Assembly (NCBI GenBank): GCA_035286245.1
Contig: JAYKIM010000186.1
Location: forward strand, 1 to 43,572
Direction: 5' to 3'
From: Cyanobacteriota bacterium
Lineage (GTDB): Bacteria; Cyanobacteriota; Cyanobacteriia; Phormidesmidales; Phormidesmidaceae
DNA length: 43,572 nt
Below, in pieces: positions 19,894 to 33,207 of this stretch (within the stretch, counting starts at the first letter, position 1; each line of letters opens with the position of its first letter). Position numbers and translations under genes: made by a program. Under the pieces are notes generated by a model. It searched no databases and had not been told where the DNA came from. It saw only the letters and a program-made list of their open reading frames with translations.

Positions 19894-21237
19894 TTACACT
19901 GAATCTCTTTTATCATCAGAGCCTGAGGCTAGACTGGATTCCTGACCTTGGGTACGTCGTCTTACCGACTCGCCGTGGGACGGTAATCCCTCCGCCTGGG
20001 TGAGAGCAGCGATGGCCCCCGACACCGCTTCTAGAGCTGTTGGAGAATACTGAATTAAGCTAGAGTGCTTCATGAAGGTTTCCGTAGCCAGGGGGGAGGC
20101 ATAACGGGCTGCACCGGAGGTGGGCAGGGTGTGGTTAGGTCCTGCTAGGTAATCACCAATCGCCTCCGGTGTGGAGTAACCCAGGAAAATTGCTCCGGCA
20201 TGACGAATGTATTGTAACCAGTCCCACGGATCTCCCACCTCCAACTGTAGATGTTCTGGGGCGAACTGGTTGCAGAGTTCACAGGCTTGTTCCAGGCTAT
20301 CTACGACGATGGCTAGACCGTAGTTAGCGATGGCTTTTTCCGTTAGGGTTTGGCGAGGATGATCGGTTAGTTGGTGTTCTACCTCGAGGGCAACGGCTTC
20401 CGCCAGGGAAGCACTGGGGGTGATCAAGATAGCCGCTGCCATAGGGTCATGCTCTGCTTGGGCCAGCAGGTCGGCGGCAACATGGGTCGGGTCAGCATGG
20501 CGATCAGCAATCACTAACACTTCGGAAGGCCCTGCTAGGGAGTCAATGCCAACCCGGCCGAAGACCAGTTGCTTAGCTAGGGTAACGTAGACATTACCAG
20601 GACCGGTAATCACATCTACCGACGGGATCGTTTCTGTGCCATAGGCTAGGGCAGCGATCGCCTGAGCCCCCCCAACTCGATAAATCTCTGTAACGCCAGC
20701 TACCTGGGCCGCCACCAACACCGCCGGATTAACCCCTAGCCCAGGGCCCGGGGGAGTCACCATGACAATCTTAGATACACCAGCGACTCGCGCTGGAATC
20801 GCATTCATCAATACCGTGCTCGGGTAGGCAGCGCGGCCTCCCGGCACATAGATACCGGCTCGGTCGACCGGCGTATAACGTTTACCCAACACCACACCAT
20901 CGGCTTCAAAGGTTACCCAACTTTTGGGCAACCTTTGTCGATGAAATGCTTCGATATTTTGGCAGGCCAGGTGGATGGCATCCAGCAAGGGCTTACTCAC
21001 CTGTTGGTAAGCCGCATCTAGCTCAGCCCCGGTTACCCTCAGTTGTTCTGAAGTCAGGGTGATGCGATCGAAATCAGCCGTGTACTGAACTAAGGCCTGA
21101 TCGCCCTGACGCTTAACGGCATGGAGCACCTCCCGGACCGTGGCCTCCTTATGGACCATCTGATCATCATGGATACGATTACAGATACGCTGCAACTCTG
21201 TCTTAGCTTCAGTTAGCTGATGAATGATGCGCAGCAT
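19894..21237 (-). CDS. hisD: Histidinol dehydrogenase
   Basis: Start at MLRIIHQL. Motifs GIYVPGGRAAYPSTVLM, GGAQAIAALAYGT, AGPSEV, QAEHD, APEHL, GDYLAGPNHTLPT. Confidence 0.96.
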   Translation of the reverse strand: MLRIIHQLTEAKTELQRICNRIHDDQMVHKEATVREVLHAVKRQGDQALVQYTADFDRITLTSEQLRVTGAELDAAYQQVSKPLLDAIHLACQNIEAFHRQRLPKSWVTFEADGVVLGKRYTPVDRAGIYVPGGRAAYPSTVLMNAIPARVAGVSKIVMVTPPGPGLGVNPAVLVAAQVAGVTEIYRVGGAQAIAALAYGTETIPSVDVITGPGNVYVTLAKQLVFGRVGIDSLAGPSEVLVIADRHADPTHVAADLLAQAEHDPMAAAILITPSASLAEAVALEVEHQLTDHPRQTLTEKAIANYGLAIVVDSLEQACELCNQFAPEHLQLEVGDPWDWLQYIRHAGAIFLGYSTPEAIGDYLAGPNHTLPTSGAARYASPLATETFMKHSSLIQYSPTALEAVSGAIAALTQAEGLPSHGESVRRRTQGQESSLASGSDDKRDSV

Positions 21238-21425
21238 GGCAGCAGGGCTATCCCAATAGAGCAGCGATAGACAATTCAGAGAATCAGCAGGCAAGCTACC
21301 AGTCGGCAACCGTGCCATTAGGGCCAGCAGGCCAGAATAACCAGAGCCCTGCTACTTTACAATCCTAGTCGATTTCCTTCTATGATAACTTGACTGAAAA
21401 TAAAGTGTAAGAGCGGATCAAACAG

Positions 21426-21434
21426 TGCTATCAT
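21426..21434 (+). promoter_or_regulatory. Putative extended -10 element for rpsT
   Basis: TGcTATCAT, 45 bp upstream of the rpsT GTG in an AT-rich divergent region. Confidence 0.4.
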
Positions 21435-21479
21435 AGCTTATTCAGATTGATCGTAAATCTTGTTAAGCTAGGGCAAATT

Positions 21480-21788
21480 GTGGCGAACATTAAGTCTGCA
21501 CTTAAACGCATTGAAGTTGCGGAGCGTAACCGGTTGCGTAATCGCTCCTATAAGTCGGCGGTTAAAACCCTGAGTAAGCGCTATCTTTCCACTGTTGATG
21601 CCTACCAGGCCGATCCCACCGCCGCCAACCTAGAGGCTCTCTCCACTAGCATGGCAGCCGCCTACAGCAAAATTGACAAGGCTGTTAAAAAGGGAGTTTT
21701 ACACCCCAATGCTGGGGCTCGTAAAAAGTCTCGTTTGGCCAGGGTATTAAAGGGAGTTGATTCGCAAGTCTCCGCATCGGTCTCCTAG
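21480..21788 (+). CDS. rpsT: 30S ribosomal protein S20
   Basis: GTG start: (M)[25 protein letters not shown]...[22 protein letters not shown]. Confidence 0.96.
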   Translation: MANIKSALKRIEVAERNRLRNRSYKSAVKTLSKRYLSTVDAYQADPTAANLEALSTSMAAAYSKIDKAVKKGVLHPNAGARKKSRLARVLKGVDSQVSASVS

Positions 21789-21835
21789 GTGGCCTTCCTT
21801 ACTCTGATTTCCCATCAGTTTTTTAACTAGCCCCC

Positions 21836-22648
21836 ATGCCCCTGGTTGATACCCATGTCCATCTGAATTTTGAGGTATTTGCCGCCGATCTCGACCGTTT
21901 GGCTCAGGCCTGGCGGGAGGTTGAGGTGGTTAGGCTGATCCACGCCTGCGTAGTGCCCGAAGAGTTTTCGGCCATGCAGGCTATTGCCGATCGTTTTCCC
22001 GAGTTGTCCCTGGCGGTTGGGCTCCATCCCCTCGACGTAGATCGCTGGACCGAAGCTACGGCGGCGCAAATCAGAGACCTAGCGGCTACCGATGGGCGGG
22101 TGGTGGCGATTGGGGAAACGGGGCTAGATTTCTATAAGGCTGAGAATGGCGATCGCCAGCGACAGGCCTTCTGGGCCCAGATGGCTATTGCCCACGACCT
22201 GGGTCTGCCCGTAATCGTTCATTGCCGTGATGCCGCCAGGGAAACCGCCGATCTAATCGCTAACTTTCAGCGACAGATCGGCCCTATCCGGGGGGTAATG
22301 CACTGCTGGGCGGGCACGCCAGAGGAAACGAGTTGGTTTCTCGACCTGGGTTTTTATATCAGTTTTAGCGGCATTGTCACCTTCAAGAATGCTGGACAGG
22401 TGAAGGATTCAGCCCAGTTGGTACCTGAGCAGCGTTTACTGATTGAGACCGACTGTCCCTTTTTATCCCCCGAGCCCCAGCGGAAACATCGCCCTAATCA
22501 ACCCGCCTTCCTTGCCCATGTCGCAACCCATTTGGCTGAGCTGCGTCAGGTTAGCCTTGACCAATTAGCTGCCATCACCACCCAGAATGCTTGGGATCTT
22601 TTCCGTTTGCCCGGTCCAGTACCGACTACAAAGCCGTTACTGCCTTAA
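21836..22648 (+). CDS. tatD: TatD family DNase/hydrolase
   Basis: [43 protein letters not shown]. Confidence 0.93.
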   Translation: MPLVDTHVHLNFEVFAADLDRLAQAWREVEVVRLIHACVVPEEFSAMQAIADRFPELSLAVGLHPLDVDRWTEATAAQIRDLAATDGRVVAIGETGLDFYKAENGDRQRQAFWAQMAIAHDLGLPVIVHCRDAARETADLIANFQRQIGPIRGVMHCWAGTPEETSWFLDLGFYISFSGIVTFKNAGQVKDSAQLVPEQRLLIETDCPFLSPEPQRKHRPNQPAFLAHVATHLAELRQVSLDQLAAITTQNAWDLFRLPGPVPTTKPLLP

Positions 22649-22664
22649 TCGTTGGTTTAGGTCC

Positions 22665-22690
22665 GGGCGGGAGGGCATGCCCAGCCGCCC
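22665..22690. terminator. GC-rich hairpin between tatD and rpoB
   Basis: GGGCGG (22665-22670) pairs with CCGCCC (22685-22690), enclosing GGGCATGCCC. Weak U-tract. Confidence 0.35.
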
Positions 22691-22869
22691 ATTGGCCTCC
22701 CTGGCGCTTGATACTTCCCGGTGCTCTCTCTGTCCATGACCAACCTACTACCCCATGTGACCACTAACTTGACCTTACCTTGAGTGAATGCTCACTGCTC
22801 CCAATTGTTTTCCGGCTAACTTTCGTACCACCATCCCAGGGCTAGGGCCTGATTTGCTTTAGGATACCC

Positions 22870-25800
22870 ATGACTCAACCTACCACCTACACCACCCCCA
22901 ACTTTGTATTGCCTGACCTGGTTGAAATCCAGCGATCTAGCTTTCGCTGGTTTTTAGAAGAAGGGCTAATCGAAGAATTGGAAAGCTTCTCGCCGATTAC
23001 GGATTACACCGGCAAGTTGGAGCTGCACTTCCTGGGCAAGCAATATAAACTCAAGCGGCCGAAGTACGATGTGGATGAGGCTAAGCGTCGGGATGCGAGC
23101 TACGCCGTACAAATGTATGTGCCTACCCGGTTGATTAACAAGGAAACCGGAGAAATTAAGGAACAGGAGGTGTTCATTGGCGATTTGCCCCTGATGACCG
23201 ATCGGGGCACCTTCATCATCAATGGGGCGGAGCGGGTCATTGTTAACCAGATTGTGCGGAGTCCTGGGGTTTATTACAAGGCAGAAACCGACAAAAACGG
23301 TCGTCGCACCTACAATGCCAACCTGATTCCTAACCGGGGCGCTTGGCTGAAGTTTGAGACCGATAAAAATGATCTGGTGTGGGTGCGGATTGACAAGACC
23401 CGCAAGCTCTCTGCCCAGGTTTTACTGAAGGCGCTGGGGCTAACCGATAATGAAATCTTTGACTCCCTACGTAACCCGGAATACTTCCAGAAAACCATTG
23501 AGAAGGAAGGTCAGTTTAGTGAAGAGGAGGCATTGCTAGAGCTATATCGTAAGCTACGTCCCGGTGAACCGCCCACGGTGGCGGGGGGTGAACAACTCCT
23601 CTTTTCCCGCTTCCATGATCCCAAGCGCTACGATCTGGGTCGGGTGGGGCGCTATAAGTTGAACCGAAAATTACGGCTGAATGTGCCGGATACGGTGCGG
23701 GTGTTGACTCCGACCGATATTTTGACGGCGATCGATTACCTGATCAACCTGGAGTTTGACATTGGTAGCGTCGATGATATCGATCACCTGGGTAATCGTC
23801 GGGTGCGATCGGTGGGGGAATTGTTACAAAACCAAGTGAGGGTAGGTCTAAATCGCCTGGAGCGAATTATCCGCGAACGGATGACCGTTTCCGATGCCGA
23901 TGCTCTCACCCCCGCTTCCCTGGTCAACCCCAAACCCCTGGTGGCGGCTATTAAGGAGTTCTTTGGCTCCAGCCAACTGTCTCAATTTATGGATCAGACC
24001 AATCCCCTGGCGGAGTTGACCCATAAGCGACGTATCAGCGCCCTGGGCCCTGGTGGCTTGACCCGGGAACGGGCTGGTTTTGCGGTGCGCGATATTCATC
24101 CCTCCCACTACGGCCGTATTTGCCCCATCGAAACGCCAGAAGGACCTAATGCGGGGTTAATTGGCTCCCTGGCCACCCATGCCCGGGTGAATGAGTTTGG
24201 CTTTATTGAAACTCCCTTCTTTAAGGCGGAAAATGGCCGGGTCAGAAAGGACCGAGAACCGATTTACATGACCGCCGATGAGGAAGACGACCTGCGGGTA
24301 GCGCCCGGTGACATTGCTACCGACAGTGATGGTTACATCCTCGGCAGTACGGTGCCGGTGCGCTATCGCCAGGACTTTACCACCACAGACTCCACCGAGG
24401 TGGACTACGTTGCCATTTCGCCGGTGCAAATTATCTCGGTGGCCACATCCTTAATCCCTTTCCTAGAACACGATGACGCTAACCGAGCCCTGATGGGTTC
24501 CAACATGCAGCGCCAGGCGGTACCCCTGCTACGGCCAGAACGTCCGCTGGTGGGTACGGGGCTGGAGGCCCAGGCCGCCCGTGACTCAGGTATGGTGATT
24601 ATTAGCCGCAGCGATGGGGAGGTAGTCTACCTGGATGCGGATTGGATTAAGGTACGGGATGGGGATGGTAAGCTGCACGAGTACGAATTGCAGAAGTACC
24701 AACGGTCTAATCAGGATACCTGTCTGAACCAGAGACCTATCGTTTTTCCGGGCGATCGCGTCCAGACTGGTCAGGTTCTAGCGGATGGCTCCGCCACCGA
24801 GGGAGGTGAGCTGGCTCTGGGTCAAAACGTGCTGGTGGCCTACATGCCCTGGGAAGGATACAACTACGAAGACGCCATCCTACTCAGCGAGCGGCTGGTC
24901 TATGACGACATCTACACCTCTATCCACATCGAGAAATTCGAGATTGAGGCGCGTCAAACCAAACTGGGGCCGGAGGAAATTACTCGGGAAATTCCCAACG
25001 TGGGGGAAGATGCCCTGCGCCAGTTGGATGAAACCGGTATTATCCGCATCGGCGCCTGGGTAGAATCCGGTGATATCCTGGTGGGTAAGGTCACCCCTAA
25101 GGGGGAGTCGGACCAACCCCCAGAGGAAAAATTATTGCGGGCTATCTTTGGTGAAAAAGCCCGGGATGTACGGGATAACTCCCTGCGGGTACCCAACGGC
25201 GAAAAGGGCCGGGTAGTAGATGTGCGAGTCTTTACCCGGGAACAGGGGGATGAGCTGCCGCCAGGGGCCAACATGGTGGTACGGGTTTATGTTGCCCAAA
25301 AACGCAAGATTCAGGTGGGTGACAAAATGGCCGGTCGCCACGGCAACAAGGGCATTATTTCCAGGATCCTACCGATCGAAGACATGCCCTACCTCCCCGA
25401 TGGCACACCGGTGGATATCGTCCTCAACCCCCTGGGGGTACCCTCCCGCATGAACGTGGGGCAGGTGTTTGAGTGTTTGCTAGGTTGGGCCGCTGAAAAT
25501 TTGAATGCCCGCTTCAAGGTGATTCCCTTTGACGAAATGTACGGTGAGGAAGCCTCCCGTAATTCCACCCACGGCAAGTTGATGGAAGCGAGGCAATCCA
25601 CCGCTAAGGAGTGGGTGTTTAACCCTGAGGATCCGGGTAAGATCCAGGTCTTTGATGGTCGTACCGGTGAGCCCTTTGATCGTCCTATCACCATCGGTAA
25701 AGCCTACATGCTGAAACTGGTGCACCTGGTGGATGACAAGATTCACGCCCGCTCCACCGGTCCCTACTCCCTGGTCACCCAGCAACCCCTGGGCGGCAAG

Positions 25801-26172
25801 GCCCAGCAGGGCGGTCAGCGGTTCGGGGAAATGGAGGTGTGGGCCCTGGAAGCCTTTGGGGCGGCCTATACCCTGCAGGAATTGCTAACGGTTAAGTCTG
25901 ACGATATGCAGGGTCGCAACGAAGCTCTCAACGCCATTGTTAAGGGTAAATCCATTCCTCGCCCCGGTACCCCAGAGTCCTTTAAGGTGCTGATGCGAGA
26001 GTTGCAGTCCCTCTGTTTAGACATTGCTGTCCACAAAGTGGAAACCCGCGAGGATGGCACTAGCCGAGATATTGAGGTTGACCTGATGGCCGATCTGAAT
26101 GTGCGTCGAGCTCCCTCACGCCCCACCTATGAGTCCATCGCTCGGGAGGATAGTGACGACCTGGATGAGTAG
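22870..26172 (+). CDS. rpoB: RNA polymerase beta subunit
   Basis: [54 protein letters not shown]. Confidence 0.99.
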   Translation: MTQPTTYTTPNFVLPDLVEIQRSSFRWFLEEGLIEELESFSPITDYTGKLELHFLGKQYKLKRPKYDVDEAKRRDASYAVQMYVPTRLINKETGEIKEQEVFIGDLPLMTDRGTFIINGAERVIVNQIVRSPGVYYKAETDKNGRRTYNANLIPNRGAWLKFETDKNDLVWVRIDKTRKLSAQVLLKALGLTDNEIFDSLRNPEYFQKTIEKEGQFSEEEALLELYRKLRPGEPPTVAGGEQLLFSRFHDPKRYDLGRVGRYKLNRKLRLNVPDTVRVLTPTDILTAIDYLINLEFDIGSVDDIDHLGNRRVRSVGELLQNQVRVGLNRLERIIRERMTVSDADALTPASLVNPKPLVAAIKEFFGSSQLSQFMDQTNPLAELTHKRRISALGPGGLTRERAGFAVRDIHPSHYGRICPIETPEGPNAGLIGSLATHARVNEFGFIETPFFKAENGRVRKDREPIYMTADEEDDLRVAPGDIATDSDGYILGSTVPVRYRQDFTTTDSTEVDYVAISPVQIISVATSLIPFLEHDDANRALMGSNMQRQAVPLLRPERPLVGTGLEAQAARDSGMVIISRSDGEVVYLDADWIKVRDGDGKLHEYELQKYQRSNQDTCLNQRPIVFPGDRVQTGQVLADGSATEGGELALGQNVLVAYMPWEGYNYEDAILLSERLVYDDIYTSIHIEKFEIEARQTKLGPEEITREIPNVGEDALRQLDETGIIRIGAWVESGDILVGKVTPKGESDQPPEEKLLRAIFGEKARDVRDNSLRVPNGEKGRVVDVRVFTREQGDELPPGANMVVRVYVAQKRKIQVGDKMAGRHGNKGIISRILPIEDMPYLPDGTPVDIVLNPLGVPSRMNVGQVFECLLGWAAENLNARFKVIPFDEMYGEEASRNSTHGKLMEARQSTAKEWVFNPEDPGKIQVFDGRTGEPFDRPITIGKAYMLKLVHLVDDKIHARSTGPYSLVTQQPLGGKAQQGGQRFGEMEVWALEAFGAAYTLQELLTVKSDDMQGRNEALNAIVKGKSIPRPGTPESFKVLMRELQSLCLDIAVHKVETREDGTSRDIEVDLMADLNVRRAPSRPTYESIAREDSDDLDE

Positions 26173-26201
26173 TCCTTAACTAGACCAATACTCACAAATC
26201 C

Positions 26202-26228
26202 AGGGCCGACTAGAGGTCAGTCGGCCCT
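26202..26228. terminator. 10-bp perfect hairpin between rpoB and rpoC1
   Basis: AGGGCCGACT-agaggtc-AGTCGGCCCT followed by TATAT. Confidence 0.55.
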
Positions 26229-26304
26229 TATATCCCGGGCTTATTAAGATAGGTTACCCGTTTCCCCCTGACTTGATTCAGCGCTTACAAGGAAATACCC
26301 ACCC

Positions 26305-28176
26305 ATGCCTAAGGTAGAACAGCGGTTTGACTACGTCAAAATTGGATTGGCATCCCCAGAACGAATTCGTCAATGGGGCGAACGTACCCTTCCCAACGGA
26401 CAGGTGGTGGGGGAGGTGACTAAGCCCGAGACCATTAACTACCGTACCCTGAAACCAGAAATGGATGGGCTCTTCTGTGAGCGCATTTTTGGTCCCGCAA
26501 AGGACTGGGAATGCCACTGCGGCAAGTACAAGCGGGTCCGGCACCGCGGTATTGTCTGTGAGCGCTGCGGTGTAGAGGTGACCGAGTCTCGAGTCCGTCG
26601 CCATCGTATGGGCTATATCAAACTGGCGGCCCCCGTTGCCCACGTCTGGTATCTGAAGGGTATTCCCAGCTATATTGCCATCCTACTGGACATGCCCCTG
26701 CGGGATGTGGAACAGATTGTTTACTTTAATGCCTACGTCGTACTGGACCCAGGCAACGCGGAGAACCTGACCTACAAGCAATTACTGACCGAAGATCAAT
26801 GGATTGAAATCGAAGATCAACTCTACGATGAAGATACCCAGTTGTCTGGGGTTGAGGTGGGGATCGGTGCGGAAGCGCTACAGCAGCTCCTCCAGGATAT
26901 GGAACTGGATACGGTGGCGGAAAAGCTCCGAGAGGACATTGCCAACTCCAAGGGGCAAAAGCGGGCCAAGATAATTAAGCGCCTGAGGGTAATTGATAAC
27001 TTCATCGCCACTGGTTCTAAAACCGAGTGGATGGTGTTGGACGTGATTCCAGTCATTCCCCCCGATCTACGGCCCATGGTGCAGTTAGATGGGGGACGTT
27101 TTGCCACCTCAGACCTGAATGACCTCTATCGCCGGGTGATTAATCGTAATAATCGTCTGGCCCGACTGCAGGAAATTCTAGCTCCGGAAATCATTGTCCG
27201 CAACGAAAAGCGGATGTTACAGGAAGCGGTGGACGCCTTGATTGACAACGGTCGTCGAGGCCGTACGGTGGTCGGAGCTAATAACCGTCCCCTCAAATCC
27301 CTCTCCGATATTATCGAAGGAAAACAGGGCCGTTTTCGCCAAAACCTACTGGGTAAGCGGGTCGACTACTCTGGCCGATCGGTGATCGTGGTGGGGCCAA
27401 AGCTGCAAATTCACCAGTGCGGCCTACCTCGGGAAATGGCTATCGAGCTGTTCCAGCCCTTTGTCATCCATCGGCTGATTCGCCAGGGTTTGGTCAACAA
27501 CATCAAAGCCGCCAAAAAGATGATCCTTAACCAGGATGCCAGTGTCTGGGAGGTGCTGGAGGAGGTGATTGAAAGCCATCCAGTCATGCTGAACCGGGCC
27601 CCCACCCTACACCGCCTGGGAATTCAGGCCTTTGAACCAATCCTGGTGGAGGGTCGGGCGATTCAACTCCATCCCCTGGTTTGCCCCGCCTTCAACGCGG
27701 ACTTTGACGGTGACCAGATGGCGGTCCATGTTCCCCTCTCTCTGGAGGCCCAGGCCGAGGCTCGGCTCTTAATGCTGGCCTCTAACAATGTCCTATCTCC
27801 GGCTACGGGGCAACCGATTATTACCCCTAGCCAGGACATGGTGCTGGGTTGCTACTATCTGACCGCCGAGAACCCCAATGCCACCAAAGGAGCGGGGCGT
27901 TACTTCGCCAGTCTAGATGACGCCATCATGGCCTTTGAGCAGGGTCTGGTGGATCTCCATGCCCAGGTATGGCTGCGCTTTGATGGCGAAGTGGAATCGG
28001 ACAAACCCAGCAGTAACCCGGAGCGGACTGAGGCAGAAGATGGCACAGTTACCGAGGTTTATGGAGATCTACGGCGGCGGTTGGATAGGGAGGGAAATTT
28101 AATCTCCCAGTACATCAAGACCACTCCCGGTCGGATTATCTATAACAAGGCGGTGCTGGAGGCGATCGCCGGCTAG
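26305..28176 (+). CDS. rpoC1: RNA polymerase gamma subunit (N-terminal part of beta')
   Basis: Zn ribbon [25 protein letters not shown], catalytic [12 protein letters not shown]. Confidence 0.99.
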   Translation: MPKVEQRFDYVKIGLASPERIRQWGERTLPNGQVVGEVTKPETINYRTLKPEMDGLFCERIFGPAKDWECHCGKYKRVRHRGIVCERCGVEVTESRVRRHRMGYIKLAAPVAHVWYLKGIPSYIAILLDMPLRDVEQIVYFNAYVVLDPGNAENLTYKQLLTEDQWIEIEDQLYDEDTQLSGVEVGIGAEALQQLLQDMELDTVAEKLREDIANSKGQKRAKIIKRLRVIDNFIATGSKTEWMVLDVIPVIPPDLRPMVQLDGGRFATSDLNDLYRRVINRNNRLARLQEILAPEIIVRNEKRMLQEAVDALIDNGRRGRTVVGANNRPLKSLSDIIEGKQGRFRQNLLGKRVDYSGRSVIVVGPKLQIHQCGLPREMAIELFQPFVIHRLIRQGLVNNIKAAKKMILNQDASVWEVLEEVIESHPVMLNRAPTLHRLGIQAFEPILVEGRAIQLHPLVCPAFNADFDGDQMAVHVPLSLEAQAEARLLMLASNNVLSPATGQPIITPSQDMVLGCYYLTAENPNATKGAGRYFASLDDAIMAFEQGLVDLHAQVWLRFDGEVESDKPSSNPERTEAEDGTVTEVYGDLRRRLDREGNLISQYIKTTPGRIIYNKAVLEAIAG

Positions 28177-28268
28177 TCATAACCATGGCGACTCCCTGGG
28201 GTCGCCCATCGGAATCCACCCAGGGCAAAACGGGATTCAGGCAACACCACTACAAAAGGGTACAACCT

Positions 28269-31200
28269 ATGGCGGAACAAGGGTCGACTCCATCCTCAAT
28301 GATTTTTCGCAATCGCATTATCGATAAAAAGCAGCTAAAAAAGCTGATCTCCTGGTCCTTTACCCACTACGGCACTGCCCGCACGGCCCAAATGGCCAAC
28401 CGTATTAAGGATTTGGGCTTCAAATACGCCACTCGAGCGGGGGTATCGATTAGTGTTGAGGACCTGCAGGTACCCCAGGAGAAGCGGCAACTACTGGCGG
28501 CCGCCGAAGAAGACATCCGGGCTACGGAGGAACGCTACACCCGTGGGGAAATCACCGAAGTGGAGCGCCTCACCAAGGTGATCGATACCTGGAATGATAC
28601 CAGCGAAGAGCTGAAGGATCAGGTGGTTCGCAACTTTAAGGAAAACAACCCCCTCAACTCGGTCTATATGATGGCCTTCTCCGGAGCCCGGGGGAATATT
28701 TCCCAGGTCCGCCAACTGGTGGGGATGCGGGGGCTGATGGCCAACCCCCAGGGGGAAATCATTGACCTACCCATTAAGACCAACTTTCGAGAAGGGCTGA
28801 CGGTGACGGAGTACGTGATTTCCTCCTACGGGGCCCGTAAGGGCCTGGTGGACACGGCTTTGCGTACTGCCGACTCAGGCTACTTGACCCGTCGCCTGGT
28901 GGATGTCTCGCAGGACGTGATTATTCGAGAGCAGGACTGTGGCACCCATCGGGGTATTCCCCTGCGCAGTATGACCGATGGCGAACGGGTGCTGATCCCC
29001 CTGGAAAACCGACTGTTGGGTCGGGTGGTGGCCACCGATGTGTTACACCCGCAAACCGGTGAGATTTTGCTGGAGAAAAACCAGGCGGTTTCCCCTGAGC
29101 TGGCTGAAACCCTGGTTCAGGCAGGTGTAGAGGAGGTAATGGTGCGATCTCCCCTGACCTGCGAAGCCACCCGCTCCGTTTGCCAACTTTGCTACGGTTG
29201 GAGCCTGGCCCACTCAGAAATGGTTGATCTGGGAGAAGCCGTTGGTATTATCGCCGCCCAATCGATTGGGGAGCCCGGTACCCAGATGACCATGCGGACC
29301 TTCCACACTGGCGGCACCTTCACAGGGGAAATGGCCCCTCGCATTAAGGCCAGTAAGAGCGGTGTAGTGCGCATGTCCAAGCGCTATAAAACCCGCCCGT
29401 TTCGGACCCGCTACGGTGAAGATGCCTTCATGCTGGAGTCTAACGCCGACCTGGTAATTGAGGGCGGCGGCAAGAACCAAACCGAAAGCCTACCCCAGGG
29501 TACTATTTTGTTTGTTAACGAAGGCGATACCGTTGCCCAGGAACAGCTGCTCGCAGAGCTGCCCTCCGCGGGCCGTACCCGGAAAGTTACAGAAAAAGCC
29601 ACTAAGGACGTTACCTCGGATTTAGCTGGGGAGGTCAAATTTGATGGCTTGGTGCAGGAGGAAAGAACTGATCGCCAGGGCAACACCACCCGCTTGGCCC
29701 AGCGCGGGGGGCTGCTCTGGGTACTCTCCGGTGATGTCTACAACCTCTTACCCGGGGCAGAGCCCGTGGTCAACAACGGTGACAACGTTAAGGCAGGGGA
29801 TACCCTAGCCACTACTAAACTCACCACTGAGCGCGGAGGGCTGGTGCGTTTGCCCGTCCCAGAGGATGACAAGGGCAGCCGCGAGGTGCAAATTATTACC
29901 GCTTCGGTCATGCTTGACCAAGCCCAGGTTCGCAAGGAGCAGGGCCAGGGACGGGAGCACTACTTCATTGAGACAACCTACGGTCAACGGTTCTCCCTGA
30001 TTGCCACCCCCGGCGCTAAGGTTACCAGCGGCCAAGTAATTGCCGAACTCGAGGATAATCGCTATCAAACTCAGACCGGTGGCATTGTCAAGTTTTCTGG
30101 CTTAGAGGTGGCTAAAAAAGGTAAAGGTAAGCAGGGCTACGAAGTTGTCCAGGGGGGCACCCTCCTGTGGATTCCGGAGGAAGCCCACGAGGTTAACAAA
30201 GATATCTCCCTACTGCTGGTGGAAGACGGTCAGTACGTAGAAGCCGGCACAGAAATCGTCAAGGACATTTTCTGTCAAAACAGCGGCGTGGTTGAGGTCA
30301 CCCAGAAAAATGACATCCTGCGGGAGGTGCTGATTAAGCCCGGGGATATTCACATGGTGGATGCCCCCGAAGATGTAATGGACCGCGATGGGGCGATCGT
30401 GACGGCGGGCGAGGAGGTCATGCCGGGTTTAATAGCGGAGGACCTGCGTTTCGTCGAGTACGTTGAAACCCCAGAAGGGGCAGCCATGCTACTCCGACCC
30501 GTAGATGAGTATCCAGTGCCGGACGAGCCCGCTGTCCCCAGCCAGGGGTCGAACGCTGAGGCAATTAGCTCCATCAAACTGCGGGCGGTGCAGCGGGTTC
30601 CCTACAAAGATGGGGAACGGGTTAAATCCGTGGATGGCGTAGAGTTGCTACGGACCCAACTGGTTCTAGACATCGAAGACGAAGCTCCCCATGTGGTGGC
30701 AGATATTGAACTGGTTCCTGATGAACAGGATCCTGACCTGATGCGTTTACAGATGGTGGTCCTGGAAACCCAGGTCATCCGTCGCGATGTGGCCGCCGAC
30801 CAAACCCAGGGTAGTACCGTTACGGCCCTACTGGTGGAAGAGGGACAACAGATCGGTCCTGGAGCGATTCTGGCCCGAACCGAAATCAAGTGCAAAGAAT
30901 CCGGCGAGGTACGAGGCATTCGGAAAGGTCAGGAAGCGGTGCGTCGTCTACTGGTGGTACGAGATTCAGACCGGGTGGAAGTCGACCTCCAGGGACAATC
31001 CACCTCCGTTCAGGTCGGTGATCTGGTGGTGGCGGAAACCCCCTTGGCCCCAGGTATCAGCCATAATGAGTCCGGAGAGGTTACTGCCATTAGCGGCTCC
31101 CAGCTAACACTGCGATTAGCTCGTCCCTATCGGGTATCCACCGGTGCCGTACTTCACATTGAGGATGGTGACCTGGTGCAACGGGGGGATAACCTGGTGT

Positions 31201-32282
31201 TACTGGTGTTTGAACGGGCGAAAACCGGCGATATTATTCAGGGTTTACCCCGTATTGAAGAATTGCTGGAGGCCCGCAAACCGAAGGAAGCCTGTGTCCT
31301 GGCTCGACGACCCGGCACTGCCCAGGTGGTCTATAGCGATGATGAAAGTGTTGAAGTTAAAGTGATTGAAGAAGATGGAGTAGTCGCCGAGTACCCCATC
31401 AATCCGGGGCAAAATGTGACCGTTTCCGACGGCCAGGTGGTCAGTACCGCTGAACACCTGACCGATGGTCCTGCCAACCCCCACGAAATTCTCGAGGTGT
31501 TTTTTGAATACTACCTCAGCCTGGGGCGAGGTACCCACGATGCAGCCCTTTTGAGCTTGCAACAGGTGCAGTCCTTCCTGGTGAATGAGGTACAGTCGGT
31601 GTACCAGTCCCAGGGGATTGACATTTCAGACAAACACACCGAGGTGATCGTCCGGCAAATGTCCTCAAAATGCCGTATCGATGATGGTGGCGATACTACT
31701 ATGCTACCCGGGGAGTTGGTGGAGATTTACCAGGTTGAACAGGTCAACGAAGCCATGTCCATTACTGGCGGTGCCCCAGCCCAGTACACCCCCGTACTCT
31801 TAGGGATCACCAAAGCCTCCCTGAACACCGATAGCTTTATTTCCGCCGCCAGCTTCCAGGAAACTACCCGGGTCTTGACCGAAGCGGCGATCGAGGGCAA
31901 GTCTGACTGGCTACGGGGTCTGAAGGAAAATGTGATTATCGGTCGACTGATCCCGGCCGGTACCGGCTATAACGCCTACGAAGATTCCCCAGCGTTGGAT
32001 ATAGATGCGGGCTACGACTCCCCCATCATTGATGACGATATGATGTTGCCTGACGTGGTGCTGGACGATCTCACCGCCCGCAGCTACGATATGGACCCTG
32101 ACCTGGGGATGATAGTGGATGATGAAATGATTGGCGGTCTATCCGTCGAAGAAAGATCAGAATCCGCCAGTAGCAATGATACCGCTGAAGATGACGACGA
32201 CTTTTCCGCCATGGCGGAAGAGCTGGCCATGTTGGATTTAGATGATGACTTGCTAATTGATGACCAGACGGAAGCGCCTTAG
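28269..32282 (+). CDS. rpoC2: RNA polymerase beta' C-terminal subunit with large cyanobacterial insertion and acidic tail
   Basis: [76 protein letters not shown]. Start at MAEQGS (28269) preferred over 28185. Confidence 0.98.
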   Translation: MAEQGSTPSSMIFRNRIIDKKQLKKLISWSFTHYGTARTAQMANRIKDLGFKYATRAGVSISVEDLQVPQEKRQLLAAAEEDIRATEERYTRGEITEVERLTKVIDTWNDTSEELKDQVVRNFKENNPLNSVYMMAFSGARGNISQVRQLVGMRGLMANPQGEIIDLPIKTNFREGLTVTEYVISSYGARKGLVDTALRTADSGYLTRRLVDVSQDVIIREQDCGTHRGIPLRSMTDGERVLIPLENRLLGRVVATDVLHPQTGEILLEKNQAVSPELAETLVQAGVEEVMVRSPLTCEATRSVCQLCYGWSLAHSEMVDLGEAVGIIAAQSIGEPGTQMTMRTFHTGGTFTGEMAPRIKASKSGVVRMSKRYKTRPFRTRYGEDAFMLESNADLVIEGGGKNQTESLPQGTILFVNEGDTVAQEQLLAELPSAGRTRKVTEKATKDVTSDLAGEVKFDGLVQEERTDRQGNTTRLAQRGGLLWVLSGDVYNLLPGAEPVVNNGDNVKAGDTLATTKLTTERGGLVRLPVPEDDKGSREVQIITASVMLDQAQVRKEQGQGREHYFIETTYGQRFSLIATPGAKVTSGQVIAELEDNRYQTQTGGIVKFSGLEVAKKGKGKQGYEVVQGGTLLWIPEEAHEVNKDISLLLVEDGQYVEAGTEIVKDIFCQNSGVVEVTQKNDILREVLIKPGDIHMVDAPEDVMDRDGAIVTAGEEVMPGLIAEDLRFVEYVETPEGAAMLLRPVDEYPVPDEPAVPSQGSNAEAISSIKLRAVQRVPYKDGERVKSVDGVELLRTQLVLDIEDEAPHVVADIELVPDEQDPDLMRLQMVVLETQVIRRDVAADQTQGSTVTALLVEEGQQIGPGAILARTEIKCKESGEVRGIRKGQEAVRRLLVVRDSDRVEVDLQGQSTSVQVGDLVVAETPLAPGISHNESGEVTAISGSQLTLRLARPYRVSTGAVLHIEDGDLVQRGDNLVLLVFERAKTGDIIQGLPRIEELLEARKPKEACVLARRPGTAQVVYSDDESVEVKVIEEDGVVAEYPINPGQNVTVSDGQVVSTAEHLTDGPANPHEILEVFFEYYLSLGRGTHDAALLSLQQVQSFLVNEVQSVYQSQGIDISDKHTEVIVRQMSSKCRIDDGGDTTMLPGELVEIYQVEQVNEAMSITGGAPAQYTPVLLGITKASLNTDSFISAASFQETTRVLTEAAIEGKSDWLRGLKENVIIGRLIPAGTGYNAYEDSPALDIDAGYDSPIIDDDMMLPDVVLDDLTARSYDMDPDLGMIVDDEMIGGLSVEERSESASSNDTAEDDDDFSAMAEELAMLDLDDDLLIDDQTEAP

Positions 32283-33205
32283 ACTTCTGTAGTCTCCAGC
32301 CAGGTCTGCAACTGAGCTCGGGTTGGCATGGCAGCCTGAGCTCCAGCCTGGGTAACGGCATAGGCGGCCACGGCGGTGGCAAAGGCTACGGCTGGCTCCA
32401 GGGCCATATGCTCCGCTAGGGCTGTCGCCAAGCCGCCGTTGAAGGCATCTCCCGCGGCCACAGTATCCACCGCCCTGACCGGCAGGGCGGCGTGGTGGAA
32501 GTGACCAGCCTGGGTCGCCACCACCACGCCATCCGATCCTAATTTAACGATCGCCGTTCCCACTCCCCGCTGTCGCAGGGCTGCCGCTGCTAGCATCGCT
32601 GTATCCCTATCCTCCACAGCGATGCCGGTCAATTGACTGGCCTCAATTTGATTGGGAGTGATCACCTGCAAACAGGGATAAAGGGAGGCCGGCAAGTCTG
32701 CCCTAGCAGGTGCTGGATCCAGAATGACCTTGACATCCCGCTGGTGGGCCAGGGTTGCCGCCGCCACCACAGTGTCCAAGGGCACCTCCAGTTGCAGCAA
32801 CAACCAATCCCCCGGGTGTAAGGCGTTGGCCAGGGTTGCCAATTCTGCTTCCCCCACCTGATTATTGGCAGCGGGCACCACCACAATTTGATTTTGCCCC
32901 CCATCATCCACCAGGATAGTGGCTACTCCGGTGGTCTGGCCCGAAACCACCCTCACTCCTTGGGTAGCAACGCCTACTCTGGATAGGGACTTTAGTAAGC
33001 TGTGGCCGAAGCTATCATCCCCAACACAGCCGATCATGCTGGTCCTGGCCCCTAATTGAGCCGCCGCTACGGCCTGGTTGCCCCCTTTGCCCCCGGGAAC
33101 CGTCTCAAACCGGCGACCCAGCAAAGTTTCCCCCACCAGGGGAAGGCGCGGAGTGCGGCACACCAGATCCATGTTGAGGCTGCCCAGCACATAGATGGCT
33201 GGCAT
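32279..33205 (-). CDS. rbsK: Ribokinase (PfkB family)
   Basis: [51 protein letters not shown]. Start at MPAIYV. Confidence 0.92.
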   Translation of the reverse strand: MPAIYVLGSLNMDLVCRTPRLPLVGETLLGRRFETVPGGKGGNQAVAAAQLGARTSMIGCVGDDSFGHSLLKSLSRVGVATQGVRVVSGQTTGVATILVDDGGQNQIVVVPAANNQVGEAELATLANALHPGDWLLLQLEVPLDTVVAAATLAHQRDVKVILDPAPARADLPASLYPCLQVITPNQIEASQLTGIAVEDRDTAMLAAAALRQRGVGTAIVKLGSDGVVVATQAGHFHHAALPVRAVDTVAAGDAFNGGLATALAEHMALEPAVAFATAVAAYAVTQAGAQAAMPTRAQLQTWLETTEV

Positions 33206-33207
33206 GG

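Noticed and set aside
22870-32282. Split rpoC, large rpoC2 insertion and acidic tail as novelty or intein
   Set aside because: These are standard cyanobacterial features. Protein lengths are ordinary and I saw no intein motifs.
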